Shown one piece after another: positions 1 through 5,182 of a stretch of 28,588 bases of DNA; positions within the stretch are counted from its first letter, which is position 1, and every line of letters begins with the position of its first letter. The notes beneath the pieces were generated by a model, which searched no databases, was not told the origin of the DNA, and saw only the letters and a list, made by a program, of their open reading frames with translations. The translations under genes and the position numbers were made by a program. The stretch is from positions 1-28,588 of the IMG/VR virus record IMGVR_UViG_3300017910_000452. One strand, given 5' to 3'. The DNA is from a virus. Lineage: Duplodnaviria; Caudoviricetes.

Positions 1-83
1 ACTTCACGGTCTTCAATCGCATTTAAGCAGTCTTGCATGTCTTTTACCGTGTTTTCAAAACGGCAATAACTCATGTTAGGCAT
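1..83 (-). CDS. Conserved phage hypothetical protein, 5' part only (MPNMSYCRFENTVKDMQDCLNAIEDRE...)
   Basis: ATG at 83-81 after an A/T-rich leader. The frame is open to the window edge. The 'NMSYCRFENT..D..DC' N-terminus resembles a phage hypothetical family I recall. Confidence 0.75.
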   Translation of the reverse strand, partial: MPNMSYCRFENTVKDMQDCLNAIEDRE

Positions 84-101
84 AATAATTAATTTTAAAG
101 T

Positions 102-198
102 TAGAAGGCGTGATAGGAATCGAACCTATATCACTGCGCTAAGTAAACATCTTGCTAAAGCTCAGAATGCAAAGCAACAGCCCAACCATTTCACGCCT
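102..198 (-). ncRNA. tRNA-like element 1 (no D-stem, no canonical anticodon arm)
   Basis: Minus strand reads AGGCGTG-AAATGG...ATAGG-TTCGATT-CCTAT-CACGCCT-TCTA. This gives a perfect 7-bp acceptor stem, a 5-bp T-stem and a canonical T-loop. Confidence 0.75.
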
Positions 199-207
199 AG
201 TTAGACA

Positions 208-468
208 CTAATCTAGTAGTGTCATATACGCTTTAGGATTTGCTCGTCTAAACCAGTCAAGTCCTTTACGTGTAAGATCATAGTGTCCAGTCATTTGACT
301 ACCCATGATTAAGTCGTACATTGCAACTTCATTGGGTGATAGCATAGCTGACTCACCTGATAAAGGGTTAGTCACTGTTTCCCATTGCGTGTATGTGTCG
401 CCATCATACCATTTTGGTAATGGAGTTTGGCCTGTATCATTCTTCTTCCCACTCATATCCGTCGTCAA
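208..468 (-). CDS. Hypothetical protein (start may be ATG at 456)
   Basis: ORF track. It sits in a tightly packed minus-strand gene string. Confidence 0.75.
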   Translation of the reverse strand: MTTDMSGKKNDTGQTPLPKWYDGDTYTQWETVTNPLSGESAMLSPNEVAMYDLIMGSQMTGHYDLTRKGLDWFRRANPKAYMTLLD

Positions 469-889
469 TTAGTTTTTCAATTAGTTCTTGTCTTTTGTCA
501 TTGTAGTACTCTTCGTATACATTATGTACAACTTCTTGAAACTCATAGTTATCATCATTGAGTTCTTGAAAGTAAATAGTCATACCATCTGTCATAGCGT
601 CAGGCATCTTTTCAAGCCAATCGCTTTCATAATAATATATATCTTCATTGATCGATGGTCGTTGATCATCATCTGTTGCTACCCACACTTCATAACCGTC
701 AGAAGTTGTCTCTGTGTAAAACATCATGTCAGGATTTTTAGCCCAACCATCTGTAATTTCAAAGTCAAAATGGTTTTTAATACGCTCAAGCATAATATCT
801 TGATTAGTGTCATCGGCTGCAGTAACATTGTCTTCTGATAGCAATTGACGCAATAGCTCGTCGTCTAGTTTTAATTTATTATCTGTCAT
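437..889 (-). CDS. Highly acidic hypothetical protein
   Basis: 150-aa D/E-rich ORF that overlaps its neighbours by a few codons. Confidence 0.8.
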   Translation of the reverse strand: MTDNKLKLDDELLRQLLSEDNVTAADDTNQDIMLERIKNHFDFEITDGWAKNPDMMFYTETTSDGYEVWVATDDDQRPSINEDIYYYESDWLEKMPDAMTDGMTIYFQELNDDNYEFQEVVHNVYEEYYNDKRQELIEKLIDDGYEWEEE

Positions 890-1229
890 TGTTATTCCAT
901 TTAAAATAGTTTTTCATTATATACTTTAGAATATATTTTAGTCTAGATTCTTCGTTGTATATCATAATACGCTTTTTGCTTTTAGTTTCATAAAGCTTAC
1001 CGTCCCATCCAACTGCCTTATAATCAACGGTATACGTCTTGTTTATTTGGTACATTGAGTGGCAGTTTCTGTCTATACGAACATAACCTCTTTTGTAAGA
1101 ATAAAATCTTACTGGTTTTCTTCGTACTTTAAACGGTGTTTCAAAAGCTCTTGTACCATTAGCCTTCTGCCGCGAAGTCGTAATCTCGTTGATGCCCAAG
1201 TATTTCATCAACATAGCTGTGTTTTCCAT
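879..1229 (-). CDS. Basic hypothetical protein
   Basis: 116-aa ORF with an ATG start, in the minus-strand string. Confidence 0.75.
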   Translation of the reverse strand: MENTAMLMKYLGINEITTSRQKANGTRAFETPFKVRRKPVRFYSYKRGYVRIDRNCHSMYQINKTYTVDYKAVGWDGKLYETKSKKRIMIYNEESRLKYILKYIMKNYFKWNNNDR

Positions 1230-1455
1230 AATCTTTTTCTATTAAAGTTGCTATATAATTCCATGCATCGAAATCTCTTAGCTGAGAATCCAATGTAGCT
1301 TGTAATTGCTCTTTGTCAAATATACTGGCTACTTTGCCTTCGATTTGAAGTCTAGTTTTAGCCATATCGATAGATAACTGATGCATATTTGCAAAAGCTT
1401 TATCGTGCGCTTGTAATTTAGTTGTATCAGTCATTGTCATCAAATAAGTGCTCAC
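1159..1455 (-). CDS. Hypothetical protein (start may be ATG at 1440)
   Basis: ORF track. It overlaps both neighbours. Confidence 0.65.
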   Translation of the reverse strand: MSTYLMTMTDTTKLQAHDKAFANMHQLSIDMAKTRLQIEGKVASIFDKEQLQATLDSQLRDFDAWNYIATLIEKDYGKHSYVDEILGHQRDYDFAAEG

Positions 1456-1672
1456 ACCACATTACATCATAAGCGCTAAGGTTGTGTAAACTTGTATCAG
1501 AAAACGAGTGTAACGTGCGAATGTCACAAATTTTTAGTTCAGTGATAAACTTAGTTTTATCTAATTTAATGAACAAACTGCGTATTACGTGAGAATATTC
1601 ACGGTCATTAGCCTCAAGCCTTGCTTTGATATGTGGTTTAAGTCGTTGTTTAAGTGTTTTAATTTTAGTCAT
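1427..1672 (-). CDS. Hypothetical protein
   Basis: 81-aa ORF whose ATG lies 8 nt downstream of motif copy 1. Confidence 0.75.
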   Translation of the reverse strand: MTKIKTLKQRLKPHIKARLEANDREYSHVIRSLFIKLDKTKFITELKICDIRTLHSFSDTSLHNLSAYDVMWCEHLFDDND

Positions 1673-1680
1673 AATTATAT

Positions 1681-1714
1681 ATATTATCCATTAGATAATG
1701 TATTTTGTTTGTAA
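1681..1714 (-). promoter_or_regulatory. 34-bp repeated promoter-like motif, copy 1
   Basis: Minus strand TTACAAACAAAATACA-N8-TGGATAATAT, directly upstream of the ORF starting at 1672. Confidence 0.75.
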
Positions 1715-1789
1715 TCACCGTAATAAAGCTACGGCAATAAGCGATAAATAAAATAACGCTATTGTTAAAAATAATTCTCTTGTATTCAT
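1715..1789 (-). CDS. 24-aa hydrophobic peptide (MNTRELFLTIALFYLSLIAVALLR)
   Basis: Manual translation. It fills the gap exactly between tRNA-like element 2 and motif copy 1, and has one TM-like stretch. Confidence 0.5.
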   Translation of the reverse strand: MNTRELFLTIALFYLSLIAVALLR

Positions 1790-1860
1790 AGTGGACGTGG
1801 CAGGAATCGAACCTGCGTTGGTGTACTTACAACTCATACACTTCCTGACCTTTCACGCCC
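1789..1860 (-). ncRNA. tRNA-like element 2 (resembles the tmRNA tRNA-like domain; G3.U70 and A73)
   Basis: Minus strand reads GGGCGTG-AAAGGTCAGGAA-GTGTA-(11 nt loop)-TACAC-CAAC-GCAGG-TTCGATT-CCTGC-CACGTCC-ACTA. Confidence 0.8.
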
Positions 1861-1861
1861 T

Positions 1862-2111
1862 GAAGGCAGCAGTTACGGACTGGTAGTTAACTAGTATTGT
1901 CATTTATCCGCTCTTTCTGTTTTGTGCGCATCGAGCCGAACCATTATCGCCTTTAATTGCACTAACGTGACCAGTATGCCGCCGCCTCGCGCTTCACAAT
2001 CGTGCACTACTATTTCAAGCTGTGATTGTCCTTCGCACTATATAGCCACAACGCTGGTCTGCCAGCATACTCAGTGTGGCTTTGTAGTCTGCCGCTAACA
2101 GCAGCACCTTC
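1862..2111 (-). ncRNA. Unidentified structured ncRNA, ~250 nt
   Basis: No sizeable ORF and visibly GC-richer than its flanks. The terminal helix is GAAGG/CCTTC plus GTTA-G-CGG/CCG-TAAC. Internal hairpins are AGCCACA/TGTGGCT and ACAATC/GATTGT. Confidence 0.6.
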
Positions 2112-2155
2112 CAACTACTAGTAGTTAATAGTGTTTATTTAGAGAACTTTGTTAA

Positions 2156-2344
2156 CTACTTACGTCGCCAAGCTCTGTGCACACTCGCTGATACTTCTTG
2201 GCTAACGATTTGAATAGTATTGCCTGTCTTGTGCTCAATGATAGGTACATAACTGTAAGTTTGAGTGGTTGAACACTCGACACAAGTCTTGTAACCTAAG
2301 TCTATTCGCACTGGGTGCACAGAATTTCCGCATCTACAATACAT
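2156..2344 (-). CDS. Small C4 zinc-finger protein (DksA/TraR-like finger)
   Basis: CxCG...(P)xR......CVEC pattern. It lies downstream of motif copy 2. Confidence 0.6.
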   Translation of the reverse strand: MYCRCGNSVHPVRIDLGYKTCVECSTTQTYSYVPIIEHKTGNTIQIVSQEVSASVHRAWRRK

Positions 2345-2365
2345 ATTTGTTTGTTTTTGTTTATT

Positions 2366-2399
2366 ATATTATCCAGTAGTTATTGTATTTTGTTTGTAA
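2366..2399 (-). promoter_or_regulatory. 34-bp motif, copy 2
   Basis: TTACAAACAAAATACA-N8-TGGATAATAT. It overlaps the end of ORF 2380-2586. Confidence 0.75.
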
Positions 2400-2586
2400 A
2401 CCACCTGTTATATAGTATTTCAACAGTTTTAGCTGCTATAGCTTCTTGTGCTCGTAAGTATTCATCACCTTCAAGTTCGTCAAAGCTAGTTCCGTCCATA
2501 GCCCACTCTGTATTAGAGATAATGCTATCATCGATAGAATCAGCGATCCATGTCGCCATATTCTCTAGTTCTTTCATTTTACTCAT
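2380..2586 (-). CDS. Hypothetical protein
   Basis: 68-aa ORF abutting its upstream neighbour. Confidence 0.7.
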   Translation of the reverse strand: MSKMKELENMATWIADSIDDSIISNTEWAMDGTSFDELEGDEYLRAQEAIAAKTVEILYNRWFTNKIQ

Positions 2587-2587
2587 A

Positions 2588-2776
2588 TTAAAAATAGTTT
2601 ATTTTGTTATCAGAGTGAGACATCCACTCAATATTTCCAAGGTTATAACCTTCAGAGATTAAAAATTCTTCAAAATCTTCATTTTGCCAGTTTTCTATAT
2701 TTTCTGCTTCAATTTGACCTAAATTATATTGGTCAACAGAGCCATTTGCAAAGTCAAGTATAGTTATATAGTACAT
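2588..2776 (-). CDS. Acidic hypothetical protein
   Basis: 62-aa ORF with TAATG coupling to the upstream gene. Confidence 0.75.
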   Translation of the reverse strand: MYYITILDFANGSVDQYNLGQIEAENIENWQNEDFEEFLISEGYNLGNIEWMSHSDNKINYF

Positions 2777-3024
2777 TATTTTGCTATTTGTTTTAGTTGA
2801 TTAACTGAGTATTGTTTACTTGTTTCTCTCCACATACGGTTGTGTGTGAACTTTCTTGACTTAGAATAAGTCTTTTTGCCACTTACTTCGTAGCGCATAT
2901 ACTCTTTGTCAGTTAGTCCACTGCACAATCCGTCGTGAGCGTGGCGACGTCTATGCTCCGCCGCTCGCATTTTCTTTTGCTCTTCAACATAGGTGAGCAG
3001 TTCTCGCATGTTTTTAACTACCAT
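2776..3024 (-). CDS. Basic hypothetical protein
   Basis: 82-aa ORF, translationally coupled to its neighbours. Confidence 0.7.
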   Translation of the reverse strand: MVVKNMRELLTYVEEQKKMRAAEHRRRHAHDGLCSGLTDKEYMRYEVSGKKTYSKSRKFTHNRMWRETSKQYSVNQLKQIAK

Positions 3025-3215
3025 GGAAGTTCGGTTTTTTCGATGTAAGTTAAACCTTTGTAGTTAAACCAGCTAGATTTACCTTCTTGCCCGGCAGCGT
3101 TAGTAATAAAACCGAATGATGGAGGTAAGTCGCCGATTGCATAGCCTTTATACTCAACATCGCCAAGTTTAGCTAGATGAGTGTCGTATTTTTTATAGAA
3201 TTTAATTGATTGCAT
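3018..3215 (-). CDS. Hypothetical protein
   Basis: 65-aa ORF downstream of motif copy 3. Confidence 0.75.
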   Translation of the reverse strand: MQSIKFYKKYDTHLAKLGDVEYKGYAIGDLPPSFGFITNAAGQEGKSSWFNYKGLTYIEKTELPW

Positions 3216-3230
3216 AGTTTATTATTTATT

Positions 3231-3264
3231 ATATTATCCAAAGGATATTGTAATTTGTTTGTAA
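3231..3264 (-). promoter_or_regulatory. 34-bp motif, copy 3
   Basis: TTACAAACAAATTACA-N8-TGGATAATAT. Confidence 0.75.
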
Positions 3265-3265
3265 T

Positions 3266-3421
3266 TTAGTACATCTCTCCTACCCATGAAGATAGTTCTG
3301 AGTTAAATCTATCGTAGTATTCACGCTCAATTGCTTCAATTTCAGCTTTGGTAATTTTAGAAATAACCTTACGATTACTTAAGCTTCTAGCTCTTTGGTA
3401 TTTGTATAAGTCTCTTTTCAT
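3266..3421 (-). CDS. Hypothetical protein (51 aa, MKRDLYKYQR...)
   Basis: C-terminal part of track ORF 3266-3538. The ATG at 3421 follows the stop of 3423-3692 by 1 nt and removes a long overlap. Confidence 0.65.
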   Translation of the reverse strand: MKRDLYKYQRARSLSNRKVISKITKAEIEAIEREYYDRFNSELSSWVGEMY

Positions 3422-3422
3422 A

Positions 3423-3692
3423 TTAATCTCCTGTATAAGAGCCAGGTGTTTTGGCTTTTTCATCATAATAAGCTTGCGCTGCTTTGTTAGAAAGCTCTCG
3501 TCTAGCTTCATATTCCGCTTTATGGTCAAGAAAGTCATCGATACGCTCTTTCATTTCTTGTTCGGTTTGTGAAGTTAATCTAGTAACATAGTATGGAAAC
3601 TCACCGAAAGCTTCGCATGAATAGCCACTTGCTGATTTACCAGTGTAAGTAGTCCACTCGTTATATTCGTAAGGTATATTTCTGTGTTGCAT
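3423..3692 (-). CDS. Hypothetical protein
   Basis: 89-aa ORF with ATG start and A-rich leader. Confidence 0.75.
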   Translation of the reverse strand: MQHRNIPYEYNEWTTYTGKSASGYSCEAFGEFPYYVTRLTSQTEQEMKERIDDFLDHKAEYEARRELSNKAAQAYYDEKAKTPGSYTGD

Positions 3693-3703
3693 AGTTAGTT
3701 ATT

Positions 3704-3838
3704 TTAAAAGATTCCAAAATTAGCGTTTAAATCACCTTGTGCAAACTTAAGTATTAAGCCAATAATGCCAAGTGATGCTAGTGTTACATAGCCATAAACG
3801 ACTACTTTTAGAATTGTATAGTGATTAAATTTTCGCAT
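3704..3838 (-). CDS. 44-aa single-TM membrane protein (MRKFNHYTILKVVVYGYVTLASLGIIGLILKFAQGDLNANFGIF)
   Basis: Manual translation. The ATG is 12 nt downstream of motif copy 4. Confidence 0.65.
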   Translation of the reverse strand: MRKFNHYTILKVVVYGYVTLASLGIIGLILKFAQGDLNANFGIF

Positions 3839-3840
3839 AA

Positions 3841-3981
3841 TTATTTTATATTATTATCCATTAGTAATTGTAATTTGTTTGTAAGTTCTTCACGTCTTTG
3901 TTTAGACTGTGGAGTGATATTGAAGTTTGCTTCAAACTCATTTATCAATTGTAGTTCATTAAATATTTTATCTATAGTCAT
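3841..3981 (-). CDS. 46-aa hypothetical protein (MTIDKIFNELQLINEFEANFNITPQSKQRREELTNKLQLLMDNNIK)
   Basis: Manual translation. It follows tRNA-like element 3, and its 3' end encodes motif copy 4. Confidence 0.6.
   Translation of the reverse strand: MTIDKIFNELQLINEFEANFNITPQSKQRREELTNKLQLLMDNNIK
3851..3884 (-). promoter_or_regulatory. 34-bp motif, copy 4
   Basis: TTACAAACAAATTACA-N8-TGGATAATAA. Confidence 0.75.
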
Positions 3982-4003
3982 AATTGTAATTTTAAAAAGT
4001 TAG

Positions 4004-4076
4004 TAGTAGTCACGGTGAGAATCGAACTCACGTTTAGTAGTAGATTCTAGATTATCTCTCTAAACCCATTGTGACT
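4004..4076 (-). ncRNA. tRNA-like element 3 (no D-stem)
   Basis: Minus strand reads AGTCACA-ATGG-GTTTAG...CTAAAC-GTGAG-TTCGATT-CTCAC-CGTGACT-ACTA. The acceptor has 6 bp plus one A.C pair, and the T-stem has 5 bp. Confidence 0.7.
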
Positions 4077-4151
4077 TAGCTAGTTCAACATTATTTATAC
4101 TGGTGATGGTACTAGTCGGAACGCGCCAGTGAGTTCAAATGAAGAAGTTAA

Positions 4152-4388
4152 TTAAATAACTTCAACATTTTGTAGAACTTTAGGAATTGAAGTGGAAGAA
4201 GTATAAGATTTATATTTTTCCCAGCAATTTAATTTAGTTAAATTATCTTTCATTAGTTCAAAAGCTTTATCATGATTGTATTTGAAAGTTTTACCACTTT
4301 TGAAAGTGACTTCAATAATAGTATTTTGACCTATTAATGATTTGCGAATGACGAAGCGTTTTGATTGAATTGAGTTTGAATTTTGCAT
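4152..4388 (-). CDS. Hypothetical protein
   Basis: 78-aa ORF downstream of motif copy 5. Confidence 0.75.
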   Translation of the reverse strand: MQNSNSIQSKRFVIRKSLIGQNTIIEVTFKSGKTFKYNHDKAFELMKDNLTKLNCWEKYKSYTSSTSIPKVLQNVEVI

Positions 4389-4422
4389 AGTTATTATATT
4401 TAAAAGTTATTATTAATTTATA

Positions 4423-4456
4423 TTATTATCCAGTTTAGTTTGTATTTAGTTTGTAA
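4423..4456 (-). promoter_or_regulatory. 34-bp motif, copy 5
   Basis: TTACAAACTAAATACA-N8-TGGATAATAA. Confidence 0.75.
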
Positions 4457-4507
4457 GTGTATATTTGTTTAGTATTTAAAAATTAGTTAGAGTTATAACA
4501 CTGAACT

Positions 4508-4639
4508 TCATTGTCTATTAATTATTTTATTTAGTTCAATATCTACAAGTTCAGATATTTCATCATTAGTTAAATGATTATATTCTTGTATAAAATCTGT
4601 GAATATATCTTCTCGTAGTGTATCAATGTCGTAATTCAT
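4508..4639 (-). CDS. 43-aa acidic hypothetical protein (MNYDIDTLREDIFTDFIQEYNHLTNDEISELVDIELNKIINRQ)
   Basis: Manual translation. It lies downstream of motif copy 6. Confidence 0.6.
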   Translation of the reverse strand: MNYDIDTLREDIFTDFIQEYNHLTNDEISELVDIELNKIINRQ

Positions 4640-4662
4640 ATTAGTATTTTTTAGTTACATTA

Positions 4663-4696
4663 TTATTATCCAAATTGACTTGTATTTTGTCTGTAA
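4663..4696 (-). promoter_or_regulatory. 34-bp motif, copy 6
   Basis: TTACAGACAAAATACA-N8-TGGATAATAA. Confidence 0.75.
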
Positions 4697-4701
4697 AAGT
4701 A

Positions 4702-4854
4702 TTACGATAGTAAGTACTCTTGACAAAGTGCAAATGATTCCTGGTCATCAGGTGTTGGCATGTCAGCCGGTTCACAGATCAGGTGACCGTTATAGTCTAC
4801 AATCTGTAGTCTGTCACCGGTAAGAGAGCAAGTAAAGGTACGTAGTATAGTCAT
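4702..4854 (-). CDS. 50-aa hypothetical protein (MTILRTFTCSLTGDRLQIVDYNGHLICEPADMPTPDDQESFALCQEYLLS)
   Basis: Manual translation. It is the first gene of the leftward arm, downstream of motif copy 7. Confidence 0.6.
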   Translation of the reverse strand: MTILRTFTCSLTGDRLQIVDYNGHLICEPADMPTPDDQESFALCQEYLLS

Positions 4855-4874
4855 GTTGTTAAGTATTTACATCT

Positions 4875-4908
4875 ATATTATCCGGATTAGTTAGTAGTAC
4901 GTCTGTAA
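4875..4908 (-). promoter_or_regulatory. 34-bp motif, copy 7 (degenerate)
   Basis: TTACAGACGTACTACT-N8-CGGATAATAT, with the same spacing as the other copies. Confidence 0.6.
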
Positions 4909-5070
4909 AAAGTCAAACACCGGGGCGTAATATACTGAAAATCAAGGGTATATACGCAAAAATCTGGGAAAACTGGTGGGGCCCGTAAAACTAAAATCGT
5001 TTTTGTAAAACGTTGATAATCAGTACGATAGGGGGTAACACTATACTCCTAAATATCTAACGACTTTTTT

Positions 5071-5117
5071 TGTGACACTAGCCTTATAAGTAGTATTAGT
5101 AACAGGCTTATGTCACA
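5071..5117. repeat. Imperfect inverted repeat in the divergent intergenic region
   Basis: TGTGACActAGCCT-(19 nt)-AGGCTtaTGTCACA, 12 of 14 positions complementary. Confidence 0.7.
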
Positions 5118-5182
5118 CTTAGGTAAAAAAACAGCGAAATCTGTAAGTATATATCTTATAAACGAATTTTAAAAATAAGTAT

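Noticed and set aside
1861-2130. RNase P RNA, group I intron or full/permuted tmRNA
   Set aside because: Fragments such as ACAGAAAG, GATAAATGAC and GACTACA are suggestive. However, there is no GAGGAAAGTCC/P4 partner, no proper P7, no interrupted gene and no tag ORF between the acceptor strands.
3422-3538. N-terminal extension of ORF 3266-3538
   Set aside because: It would overlap 3423-3692 by 116 nt. The ATG at 3421, just after that gene's stop, is a better start.
488-4003. Plus-strand ORFs 488-838, 1059-1298, 2315-2662, 3348-3572 and 3821-4003
   Set aside because: They are antisense shadows of coherent, coupled minus-strand genes. Their hydrophobic or Ser-rich composition is expected from reverse-complemented coding sequence.
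102-4076. Calling the three GTTCGATTC-containing elements ordinary tRNA genes
   Set aside because: None has a D-stem or a 5-bp/7-nt anticodon arm, and none encodes CCA. No anticodon can be assigned.
1681-4908. The 34-bp repeat as a CRISPR array or attC-type cassette site
   Set aside because: Copies are hundreds of bp apart with whole genes between them, are not palindromic and have a variable core. No cas or integrase gene is in the window.
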